NCBI RefSeq assembly: GCF_036321535.1
Contig: NC_087436.1
Coordinates: 91,390,001 to 91,454,000, forward strand
DNA from: Camelus dromedarius
Lineage: Eukaryota
DNA length: 64,000 nucleotides
Direction: 5' to 3'
Shown: piece by piece, positions 26,001 to 37,695 of the stretch
Layout: every line of letters starts with the position of its first letter
How positions within the stretch are numbered: position 1 is the stretch's first letter
Notes under the pieces: model-generated
Told to the model about the DNA's origin: nothing
Databases searched by the model: none
The model's input: the letters and a program-made list of their open reading frames with translations, nothing else
Position numbers and translations under genes: made by a program

Positions 26001-28723
26001 CTTGTTAAACATTGTATAATTAATAGAGTAAAATCACACAATATTTGGATTTTATAGCTATTCGGATATGGGAATTCAGGACATTTTATTTTTATTTTAA
26101 GTTTAATGAGGATTACAACATAGGCTATAAACTTAGTTGAAGGCTGTATGTTTAAGATAACATGAGTAATGAGAGAAGAGTCTAATTATATTTTAGGGCT
26201 TCAAATTGCTTAGAACTGATTAATTTGAATGAGTCAAAAAGTCTTACTTAGCAAGTTAAATGAAAGTTGGTTCACAATTCTTGAGCAAATATTTAATAAT
26301 GCAAACTTAAGGGGCTAAAGCTCTTCTGCCCTCAATAATGAGGGAAAACAGCAGTTTTACAGCCAGAGTAACCTTATGATGACCTTGTTTATTTTTTTAC
26401 TCATTTAAGATGAATCATATCCTGGTTTGGGAGGCTGAGGGCTCCTGGCTTCAGGAGGAGCCTTCAGAGGAAATGGCATCTTTGAAAGGAGGCCACTCCA
26501 ATCATTGCTCGGTAGAGACGAGGTTAAGACGAGTACAAGATAAAGGTGCTATTTGCTGTTGACAGTGGGAAATGAAGAATGAATAAAAAGACACTAAGAA
26601 CTCCATCTAATGGAAATTGATATGAAAATCCATGTGAGCTATTGGATGAGACTTCAGCTCTGTACACAGTTCGTTTCAGCCCAAATAACTTTTATTGTGG
26701 ATTTAACGCTGTATTAGGCACTGGGTTTGCCTAAGGAGCTTGGAATCTCACTTCAATTAAGAGCCACAAATTAAATGACCACAGGGGCTAGGGTAGGTTT
26801 CTAAAAACAGGTAAAATGGGCCAGAAGTTAAGGAATAAAGGAGAGGGAGGAGAATAGCAAACATAAGGGGTGCAGGTGCCTTCTTAAGAGGTTGACTCAG
26901 AAGGGCCTCTCGTTACCAAGAGGCGGTGCTGACTCAGAAGCCCTCATAGGTTCTCCCCTCCTCTCTTCTCTTCTCTCTGCTTCTGTGCTCCCCTTTTCTT
27001 TCCCCTTCCCTCCCCTTTCTCTCTTCTGCTTTTTCTCTTCTCTTCCTTTGTTTTTTTCAATAAAAGTCAGAAAGTCAAATTTGAAAAGTCTCCCCAAGTT
27101 TCAATACTGCCAACTGACTATAAGGAAAGAAATGCTGAGAAGCCATAAAAAATACATGTGTGTGAGGACAGATATAGTTCATGGGCTGTTATTTTCAAGC
27201 CCTGATCTAAGTAATTTAATCACCACAATTTAAACTCTGTAATTAGTTCTGGATTGTGGACAATCCAAAACACTGCTAAGTGACTTTCTTGTTCCATTAA
27301 GACAAGCAAATCTTAATTAAAGGGAAGAAAGGTAATTTATAGGAGTGAATTTCTCTCTTTATTCTCTGATGACAGATATAGGAAATGGTGCTTATGGTGG
27401 GTGCACCTGCTAGTAATGCTTTAGTCCACTGACTATTAACAAAAGAACACGATGGTCTTTTGTTATTACCATTATTTAACATACTGTGTGGCTTTACACT
27501 GGGAATTGTCACAGACATGTGATTAAGAGAATGAGGAAATTATTCAGAATATCTTCAGAGATTTCCTGACAGTGAGATCAATTGTGCCAAGATTGTCTTT
27601 TGCAAAGGACATTGTGGAAACCCCACTGCCAGAAGCATATGGAGTTAGACTGCACAAAATCAAAGACATTAAATTGTGAAGAACAATCCGGCTGTTCCCC
27701 CAGGGTATGGCCTAGATAAAGCAAGAGTTAGTTTTCATCTTTAATTTAGGCATTTCCAAGACAGGGTGAAATTCATTATTAAAAAAATCTTCATTGCAGC
27801 TCAATCTGTTTTAAACTATATGTTTAAACATGCTGGTTATTCTAAGTGTGAACATAAAATTCTATCCATTGTTATGCATGCCCTTTGAAATCTTTATCCT
27901 TTGATTAATCTCATATTATGGAAAATAATAATGTTCTCAGTCATTACATAACTGCTTCATATCTAGAAGTGCAAAGAGTTTCATAGTTTAACTTAATAAG
28001 TTTGCAATTCATAGGCCTAGTTTTCACCTTTTTTTTTTTTTTTTTTTTGGATCTTATGGTCTAGCACAGAACATAAACCATCTAGGGACTTAGTAAATCT
28101 TTATCAAATTGAATTAATTCAAATTTAGCTTGTGAAGCAGTCAGAAGACACTAGTAGTCATGCGAGTCTAAGGGCAGATCAGAGATGAAACAGAAATAAA
28201 GATATTTCTCCTTACTTTTAGATAAATGATGTTTATAGAAATTAAATAGTGACAAGCATATTTTATTTCTCTTTAAAAGTTGAAATTTCAAAGCTTCTAT
28301 TTTTAACTGCTTATACTATATAATAAGAAATTTAAAAAATATATGTTTTATTTTAGTTTGGGGGAGAGATACAAGTATAGGGGATGAAATACTGCAGTTT
28401 TAGTTGTTACCCGCTTTGAATGTTTCTTCCATTGTAAACTCAACTTCTTCAAGAGGCATAAAAATAGAGTATTTTTTTAAGTAGTTGAAAATGTGGATTT
28501 TGATCCTTGTTTTATCATGCTCTAATAATTTTGCCTGACTTTATCAGTCACCCTTCTAATAATTAACTTTCCAGAACTGTAGAAAAATGTTTACCATTTC
28601 TGTGTCTGAAATGGTTGAGATTCATACAAAAGTTGTTTTACTGTGAAAATGTAAAATTATACTTTTCCTCCATAGCCTTACCATAAATACGACTGAGTGA
28701 TTTTAAAGAACATTTGCTAACTT

Positions 28724-30904
28724 CAGGCCAAGATGGCAGAGCAGGAAGACCCTGAGCTCACCTTCTCCCATAGGTATACCCAAATGACAAGTATTTACAG
28801 AGCAACTATCTATGAGAATGACCTGAAGATGAGCAGAAAAGATTTTCCACGACTAAAGTAGGGACCACAAGGAGATGAGTAAGAAGAGCAGAGAGGCAGT
28901 AAAATCAAAACTCATCCCCCGGGGTGGGAGAACCACGAGCATGAGGATGATCACAGTTACAGGAATTCTTCCCAAGGAGGGAGGGTTCTGAGCTCACATC
29001 AGACTCTCCAGCCCAGAGCCCCTAGAATGTTTGCCCCTGGGAGGTGGTGCCCCTAGAATGTTTGGCTTTAAAGGCTGGTAAGCTTTGCATACAGGAGAAT
29101 TGGAGGGCTGTAGGAAACCGAGACTTTGCTCTGCATGTTCAAATTCTCTGAATCCTAATACAGAGACAGTAATTTGAAAGGAGCCTGGGTCAGATCCATC
29201 TTCTGATCTTGTAGAACCTTCCTGAGGCTCCTTCTACCACAAGGACACTGGTACTGGCAAATGCCATTTCAGAGTTTTTCCTCTAGCTTTAGTTCAGGGA
29301 CTTACCTTCCAGTGGGGTTGTCATCAGCCCCAGGACACTTGGTCCTCCCAGCCAGCCACCCAGGGGCCAGGCCTCACCCATTTTGTGGTCAATTAATCTA
29401 TGACAGAGGAGGCAATAATATACACTGGGGGAAAGACAGCCTCTTCAATAAATGGTTTGGGAGAACTGGACAGCTGCATGGCCTCTTCAATAAATGGTTT
29501 GGGAGAACTGGACAGCTGCATGCGAAACAATCAAACTGGACTACTTCCTCACACCATGAACAAAAACTAACCCCAAATGGTTAAAGACTTAAATGTAAGA
29601 CCTGAAACCATAAAACTCCTAGAAGAAAACATACAGTATGCTCTCTGACATCCATCTTAAAAATTTTTTTTTGAATTTGTCTCCTCAGGCAAGGGAAACA
29701 AAAGTAAAAATAAACAAATGGGACTGCATCAGACTACAAAGCTTTCCATAGCTAAGAAAACTAGAAACAAAACAGAAAGTCCCCCTTACTGGATGTGAGA
29801 AGATATTTACAAATGATATACCTGATAAGGAGTTAAAGTCTTAAGATCCAAAATATACAAAGAACTCATATAACAACATCAAAGAAAGAAACAACCTGAT
29901 TAAAAAATAAGCAGAGAAGCGGATTAGACTTTTTTCCAAAGAAGATATAAAGATGGCCAAGAGGCACATTGAAAGATGCTCAGATCTCTAATTATCAGGG
30001 AAATGCAGATCAAAACCACAATGAGATACCACCTCACACTTGTCAGAATGTCTGTTATCAAAAAGATAAGAAGTAACAAGTGTTGTTGAAGTTTGGAGAA
30101 AAGGAAACCCTTGTGTACTATTGGTGAGACTGTAAATTGGTACAACCACTGTGGAAAACAGTATAAGAGTTCCTCCAAAAATTGAAAATAGAGCTTCTGT
30201 ATGATGAAGCAATTTCTCTTCTGGGTATTTACCTGAAGAAAACAAAAATACTAATTTGAAAAGATTTATGTACTCCAATGTTTATTACAGTATTATTTCT
30301 AACAGCCAAGATATGGAAGCAACCTAAATATCCATCAATAGACAAATGGATAAAGAAGATGTGAGCAACAGAATACTATTCAGCCATAAAAAATAAAAAT
30401 TTTGCCATTTGCAACAACATGGATGGACCTAGAGGGTATTATGCTAAATGAAATGTCAGACAGAGAAAGACAAATGCCACATGGTCTCACTTACATGTAG
30501 AGTCAAAAAACAAAACAAAACAAAACAAAATTAAGAATAGACTCCTAGACACAAAGAACAAATGAGTGGTTGCCAGAAGGGAGGGAGATGTGGTATGGGT
30601 GAAATATATAGTGGGTTAAGAGGTATTATAATATGTTTATTACAGCATTATTTGTAATAGCCAAGGTATGAAAGCAACCTAAGTATCCATCAATAGACAA
30701 ATGGATAAAGTTATATAATCAATAAGTCACAGGGATGTGATATAGAGCATAGGGAATATTGTCAATAATATAATAACTTTTTATGGGGACAGATGGTTAC
30801 TAGACTTGTGGTGAGCAGTTCATAACATATGCAAATTTTAAATCATTATGTAGTGCTCCTGAAATGAACATAATATTGTACACCTACTTCAATTTAAAAA
30901 TACT
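28724..30904 (+). mobile_element. Internally deleted L1 (5' UTR fused to ORF2 3' part plus 3' UTR), L1MA9/L1M2-like
   Basis: 5' end 'caagatggcagagcaggaagaccctgagctcacc'; ORF2 from ~29380 (GQLIYDRGGNNIHWGKDSLFNKW); 3' UTR and A tail; degenerate TSD 28705-28723 / 30905-30923 (16/19). Confidence 0.9.
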
Positions 30905-31162
30905 AAAAAAAATCTGCTAACTTTAATAGTTTTGACAGAGTCATGTAGCCATCACAATAGCTTGAATGAAAAGTTTATTTTTTGCTTACACCACTGCAAG
31001 TCACTAGGATTATACTCTGCAAACTCCCTCTAGGACTGACGCTGGCGAGCAGCACCACCTGAAATACTGCCAGTTTTTCTGGTGTTCTGGAACACCGCCA
31101 CCACGGCAAGGGAAGAACACACTGGACAGACCAGCAATTTAATGCTCTCAGTTCACAGGGCC

Positions 31163-32119
31163 TGAATTAGTTTGCTAAGGCTGCCAACACAAACTGCCCC
31201 TGACTGGGTGGCTGAAACGACATAAACTCATTTTCTCACAGTTCTTCAGGCTGAAAGTCTGAGATCAGAGTGTCAGCAGGGTTGGCTTCTTCCGAGGCCT
31301 CTCTCCTGGGCTCGCCAATGCTGTGCTCTCCCTGCATCTTCCAGTGGTCTTTCCTCAGTGTGTGTCTGTGTCCTAATCCCCTCTTCTTTCAAGGACACGT
31401 CATACTGACTTAGGTTCAACTTAATTGTTAGGCAGTTAGATAGCACGGGGCACCAGGTATGGGGAGAAAGGGAGGGAACAATCCAGAAGATAACGGTACA
31501 CCTGCACTCAGGATAAGGGGCTTCAAAGAATTCTAGTTTCCCTAAATGAGTGCCAACAAAGAAGTGGGTTAGAACCGGGCACTGCGACTGAGCAGTAGAG
31601 AGAAGGACCCAATGTAGCATAACCCAGTGCTCATTATAATGTAATTAGCACTGTGGTCTGGGCTCCCCTCCCCTCACCCCCCTGAGCTTTTCTGTGTGCA
31701 TCGTGGGTAAGAGCACGTGCAAAGGAGATGGGCATGCCTAAGCACTCAAGGGGTGTGAGCTGTCAGTCAATCACAAGAATGGCCCTAAGCCAGGATCCGA
31801 GACAGGGGAAGCAAAGGAGAGGCGGGGCCTTTATCCTCTCTCCGGTTGGCCCGCCTGCAATTCTCGAAGGTGTACTTTGCTTGCTAAATTTCACTTTGCT
31901 AATAAACCTTTACACAACACTTTAATCTCCCATCTGAATTCTTTTCTTTCTGGCAAGACAAGGACTGAGAACTGTCCCCTCCTGGGGTTCTGTAATGACC
32001 TCGTTTTAACTTAATTACCTCTTTAAAAGCTGCATCTCCAAATACAGTCACATTCTGAGGTACTGGGCATTAGGATTTCAACATCTAAATTTTGAGGACC
32101 CACAATTTAGCCCCCGACA
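31163..32119 (-). mobile_element. MaLR solo LTR (MLT1B-like) split by a younger LTR
   Basis: 'tgaattagtttgctaaggctgcc...ctcacagttct', resumes 'taatgacctcgttttaacttaattacctc...cagtcacattctgaggtactggg'. Confidence 0.88.
31426..31992 (+). mobile_element. Solo ERV1-type LTR nested in MLT1B
   Basis: Starts TGTTA; 4-bp TSD TAAT (31422-31425 / 31993-31996); AATAAA at 31901-31906; U5-like 'tgaattcttttc...agacaaggac'. Confidence 0.8.
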
Positions 32120-33739
32120 GGGAACCATCTAATGATAGGAAAGTGAAAGGGTGTGAATAATATCAGTGACTACAACAACTACCATTTTGCTGCTGTATTA
32201 CAGCATCTGGCATGTAATTGGGACTTAATATCAAAAAAATGCAAATAAACTATTCATATAACAGGCATCTTTTTTCTGAAAAATGTATAATTTCACATAT
32301 AAGTATAGCTCTATACACAATATACTTTACATCATCTACTTTAATCAAAATATATAAAGTTTTAAATAAAGGAAAGCAATACATTCTCCCCCTTTGAAGT
32401 AAAAGTGCTATAATATAACCTGCTTTTTCTCCAATTCTTTTCCTATTGTAACTGCACTTCTGCTGACCTCTTCTCGAGTATGGAACTTAAGCTCTCCATG
32501 TAAATCACGCGCCATTGATAACAAGAACTACACTTATTTCAGAGTGAGCCCCGAACACAGAACCATCAGTGAATCAGTTCTTCATGGCTCAGGCATCACC
32601 TGGCTTATTTGAATGAGTGTTTGCTCAGCTTAGAATTGAAACAGGACTTTCTCAATGGGGTTAGTCCCAGAGAAAGTAAGTAGGGAGTAATTCTACAGGA
32701 AAATTTGCTTGGTAACCTCTCTCAAATGTTAATATATTGCTACAGAGGGCAGAGGATGTTAAAGGGCATATTCTCATCTACACGGAGAATGGTATAGATA
32801 CTTTGTCCCATCCCTTAAGGAAATTAGAAGCTCCAGGGAAACTTCTTTAAATGTATCAATGCAAAATGACCATTACCTGTCTATGGCTCATTTACAATAG
32901 TATCATTTTGGCTCCAGCCATCAGAGGATGGAAATGGATATTGATCAATTGTTTTAGCAGTAGAATAAGAACTTTAATTAAATGGTTATGTAATAACATT
33001 ATAATGGCAAGGGCTGCAAACAAGACATGTTCATTATTTCACAAGTAGGACAAATAGTCTTGGCTTCCTCATAGTACTAATTTCCACATGATTTAATTAT
33101 TATGCTCTTTTCAATACAGATGGGCTGTGGTGTACAGATAATTCAGTTCTTTAAAAATAGAAAAGAATGGTCAATTAAAACAACCCTGTGGTCAAGAACT
33201 CTTTTAGGTTATTTTATTTGTAATAGTAACCCCTTAATTTTATCATTTTTGATATGCATTTTCAAACTTGCAAACAAAGGGAGCCCAAGAAAAGAAACTT
33301 GCTATGTTTCTAGAAAACTGAATGTAATTTCTACCTCAAGAGCACATTCTGCATGCTGGCAGAAAGAGTAATCTAGCAAATGTCAAATTTTGTAAGTCAG
33401 TTTGGATTTTGTGAATCACTTTAGGTTTAAACTAAGTCAAATCTAGAATCCCCAGAGGGCATGAGGAAGCTTCCCCTGCTCTGTGCCACTCAGCTGGGAG
33501 CCTTCAGGGAGCTTGGAGCTCTCATCCGGGCTTCTTTCCCTCTTTAGGTCTTACAGAGCCTTCTCTCCTCTTGTTCAGAGGACAGATGTCAGAGTTAGGG
33601 TTCTCATGAGAGTAGCTACCTCCCCGGAGTTTCAGCAATATATACCACAGACAGGGCTTTTCTACTGTGATTGATACTTCCTCGGCCTTAACCAAGGAAG
33701 CTCGGTGAAAATTCTCTTCTCCCGGATGCATCCGTATCT

Positions 33740-34045
33740 TAAAGGGACAGTGGTTAAAGGATGCAAACATGCAACAGATGGTGAGTCCTAGAGCTCTAAT
33801 GTACCGTATAGAGAATACAGACAACGATATTGTGTTACAACCATCAAATTTGCTAAGAGACTGGATCTTAATTATTCTAACCACTAGAAAGAAATTGTAA
33901 TTATATGAGGTGATAGAGATGCTAAGTATTACTACCATGGCAATCATATTAATTAATTAATCAACTTAATACACCAAAACAGCATGTTATATACCTTAAA
34001 TTTACAACTGTTTTATCTCAAATATATTTCAGCTAAAAAATAAGT
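33740..34045 (+). mobile_element. L1 3' UTR fragment (L1MA-like)
   Basis: 'gtcctagagctctaatgtac', 'aaatttgctaagagact', 'tgttatataccttaaatttaca'. Confidence 0.8.
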
Positions 34046-34309
34046 AGCACAATTCCATGAATCTTAACAAAATTCAGAAAGTGAGCTTTATTAAAAATGC
34101 TCTGATTCCTGTAAGCTGGATGCCTGCGTATAAGACAAAGTATACATTATGGTAAAATCTTATTTAAGAAGAAACGAACTTAGTGTGAGTGAACATAAGC
34201 TTCCATCCTCTAAGAAGAGATGTGGGATTCTCTCCGGTGAATCTTCTTGACGTACAAGAGAAGTGGAGGAAGGGACACATAGGGCAGTGGAGACAACCAC
34301 ATGAGTGCA

Positions 34310-34312
<3 letters not shown>

Positions 34313-34343
<31 letters not shown>
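34313..34343 (+). repeat. (AC)15 microsatellite
   Basis: Direct read. Confidence 0.95.
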
Positions 34344-34349
<6 letters not shown>

Positions 34350-34479
34350 GAGTCACAGGTAAACAACAGGCTTATCCAAAAAGCTCGTAAGTAGAATGGG
34401 CTGATGTCTGTTTGTTATCCATTAGTAAATAAGCAACTACCTGCATGTTGATCGACAAACTTGTTATCTAGTTGTTAAT

Positions 34480-34670
34480 ACATAGAGCTAGTTTTGGATC
34501 TAAGCTCCACTACTTACCACTTGGGTGTGCTTGGAAAAGTTACTTAACCTTTCTCAATAATTGTACTTGCCTCACAGGTAAGCATTTATAGGTATAGGTA
34601 TAGTTAATGCTACATAATTTATATGTAGCCCTTGACATAATACCTTGTGTATAATTAGCTTTAATAATTT
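34480..34670 (+). mobile_element. MIR fragment
   Basis: 'agctccactacttaccacttgggtgtgcttggaaaagttacttaacct'. Confidence 0.7.
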
Positions 34671-34909
34671 CCAGTTGTTGAAGCAATTGTTGTAAGAGAA
34701 AAAGAAAAAAGACCGAGGGGGAAATGATATTTTTTTAAGAGCAAATGGAGTACAAATGATAGAAACATTGGAAGAATTCACGACTTCTATTTAGTCCCTG
34801 TCCTCCCATAAAAAAGAATGATTTCAAAACTGGAAGGAACTAAGTAAACAGTAAAGAGAACTTTGACGCCAGTGATAAATGAGGAGCCAACAGGAGTGAT
34901 CTCTCTGTG

Positions 34910-35635
34910 ACTCATCCCCTCCCTTTGCCACACCTAGGGTCTCTCGTTGGAATTACTGATTGGTGCAGTAACCACCGGGCCTCCAGTCTGCCACTGGTTC
35001 CAACGTTCCACTCATGATACCAACCCTCGCCCAACAGGAAACTCCACAGATAATGTCATGTCACTCTCTATTTAAAGTCTTTAATGTCCTTCATTCTTAT
35101 AGAATAGCTTTGGAATCATATTCATGGATTTTACCAGATTGTACCTACTTAACAGCTCCAACCCCATTTCCTTCTCCACTTCTGTTCCTTGTGCATTGTA
35201 CTTACGTGGAATTGTGCAGGTTGCTCTAACAACATGATTCTTTTTTTTTACTTCCTTACACCTTAGCATATGTTATTATTTTGACCCAGAATACTTTTCT
35301 CACTACTTTTTTTTTTTTTCTGGTAAAAATCCATTTGTCTTTTAAAGTTCGGTTTAAATATTACCTTTTTGAAGCCTTTCTCAAATCTTCAGGCTTTGGT
35401 TAATTTAATCTTACTCTTCTCCTGGGTCCTTTTGTATATACTTCTGCTATGGAAGTTATTATATCTGTTTAAAGTCTATCTCTCTCACAATGTTTTTTTT
35501 TTTCACACAAAAATACAATTTTTATTCTTAAGAATAGGGACTATATCTTGTATTGAATCTTGAGACTCCAATGTCTAGTGTGATGTCTGGGCCTCTTTAT
35601 TAATGTCTGTTGACTGAATGAATAAATTAATTACT
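34910..35635 (+). mobile_element. L2 3' fragment
   Basis: Pyrimidine-rich L2 body ending 'tctagtgtgatgtctgg...aatgtctgttgactgaatgaataaa'. Confidence 0.65.
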
Positions 35636-35754
35636 GAGTGTGTTAAATCTTAGGACATTTCTGGAACATATTTAAAGCACTTTGAGGAATCATTAGGGTT
35701 CACTAAAAACAAGTATATGAAACTGAACTCATTTTTATATATTTATAATATATT

Positions 35755-36265
35755 TGTCACAGAGAATCACAGTTGTCTTCCAAAATCCATTTTCTTTAGT
35801 CTATAGTAATAGAATACCTAATTTTAATTGGGCACATGGGCATACAGAATTTACAAATTCACTTTCTAGCCTTCTTTGCAGCAAGATACGGCTATTGGAC
35901 TAACTTTCGGACACTGAGATATACATGTTTTATGAAATGTTATGTAGCAGCTGCCAGTCCTTTCCTTAGATAAATTTGCATTGTCTATTTTTCTTCACCG
36001 TTACTTTTTTTCTGCTGCCTGAAATGTGACTGTAAAAATTAAAGCTTGGAGCAGCCATCATGAATAATGAGTTGATCTTGAGATTGGAGGCAATGTGTGA
36101 TGAAGAAACAAGATGGACAGAATCCAGGCTCTTGAGAATTGTATAAAACAGAGCAACCATACTAGATTTAGACTGCCTTTTTTGAACTTTTAAATAACAG
36201 ATAGCTAAACTGCTAGCATATTTTAAGCATTTTTATCCTGGTTCTCCGTTAAATATACTGTGAAT
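35755..36265 (+). mobile_element. MaLR LTR (MLT1J-like)
   Basis: 'tagtaatagaatacc', 'tttctagccttctttgcagcaag', 'cttggagcagccatc'. Confidence 0.7.
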
Positions 36266-37125
36266 TAATTGTCAGAATTCAGGGCATCACCAGTTACTCA
36301 GAGTTGAGTACACATTTTGAAATATGTTTACTGCAGAGATATTAGGAGATTTGCATAATGCCACAGGGCTGGTAAGTGGTGAGATACAAGAAGGCACTTG
36401 GGCCTCTTGCTTTCTAGTTTTGTGACATCATGTACTTATCTAACTTTTCTAAGCCTTTGTATCCTTATTCGTGGGAGATAAAAACTTCATCTCAGAAGGA
36501 GGTCATAAATGAGACAATTCATTCTGAAGACTTTGATGCTCAATGACTGTCTACTGCTCTCCCCTCCAGAGCTCTCTCTGCTGGATCTGTGAGAGTGGGT
36601 AACTAGTATTGACACAGCTTATCAGAATTCCAGTAAAGCACTTTGTAAATTCTTTTGGGTCTGACATGCTTGTAGATAAAATAGAGAAATGTGTTAAGTG
36701 ATAGAGCAGTTCAATAAATGCATAACTACCCCCAAATGTGTTGTTTAACAAACGATTGTCACCTTGGAGGGAGGTATCTCATGGCATGTCATAAGATTCT
36801 CTATTTAGCCTTATAAATTTTCATCAATGATTTAGGTGAAGGGACATTTATCAAATCTGTAAGTGATGCAGCTTTGGCAGGGGAAGCAAATGTTTCAGAT
36901 GACAGAATCAAGGTTCAGTTGTTTTACCCAACAGACTTAACTTCCAGGCCCAAATTAATGTTCTTAACAGGAAAAATAGAAATTCCAAATCTACCATGAA
37001 ATTATCAGTTGCAGAAGCATACGACTGGGACATTTAGCTTAACAGTCACACTGAGTTTACTTTAAGCTTAATGGTACCAATAGTAATCAGGGGGTGTTAT
37101 ATTATTTTTTAATATAAGTCTAGAT

Positions 37126-37695
37126 TAAGGCTTCTCCAGGTATGCTTTCTAGACTATTCAGGTTAGAATTCTTTGCAAGCTTTCTTAAATATTCATATTC
37201 AGTCCAGATCTACCAATTTCTGAGGATATGCATTTAAAATAAGTGCTCCAATGCTAAATGAAATAAGTCAGGCAGAGGAAAACAAGTACTATATGATTTC
37301 ACTTACATGTAGAATTTAAAAAAGAAAACAAAATAGGAACAGAATCAGATACAGAGAATAAACTGTTGGTCATCAGAAAGCAGAGGGGTGAGGGGCAGAT
37401 AAAATAGGTGAAGGGGATTAAGAAGCACAAAGTTCCACTGGTAAAATAAATAAATCACTGGGATATAATGTATAGCATAGGGAATATAGTCAATATTTTA
37501 AAAACTTTGTGTGGTGGCAGATGGTAACTGGTCTTATTGCAGTGATCACTTCATAGTGTATAAAAATACGAAATCAGTATGTTGTACACCTGACACTAAT
37601 ACAATATTGTATGTTAATTACAACTCAATATAAATAAATGAGTAAATTACAAACATCTCATGGGAGAGAGAGGATTCAAATTTTGAAAATCATTG
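37126..37695. mobile_element. hAT-Charlie MITE (MER5-like) split by L1
   Basis: Ends 'taaggcttctcca' / 'tttgaaaatcattg'; 8-bp TSD-like gtctagat / gtttggat; internal 'tgcatttaaaataagtgctcc'. Confidence 0.55.
37251..37650 (+). mobile_element. L1 3' end (L1MA9-like)
   Basis: 'atgctaaatgaaataagtcaggcagag...tgttgtacacctgacactaatacaatattgtatgttaattacaactcaat'. Confidence 0.88.

Noticed and set aside
26554..26567. tgctgttgacagtg, identical to the miR-30a 5' flank as I recall it
   Set aside because: No mature miR-30 sequence (tgtaaacatcc) or hairpin follows; chance match
33522..33947. Longest ORF in the track (141 aa)
   Set aside because: Half of it is antisense L1 3' UTR; no coding signature
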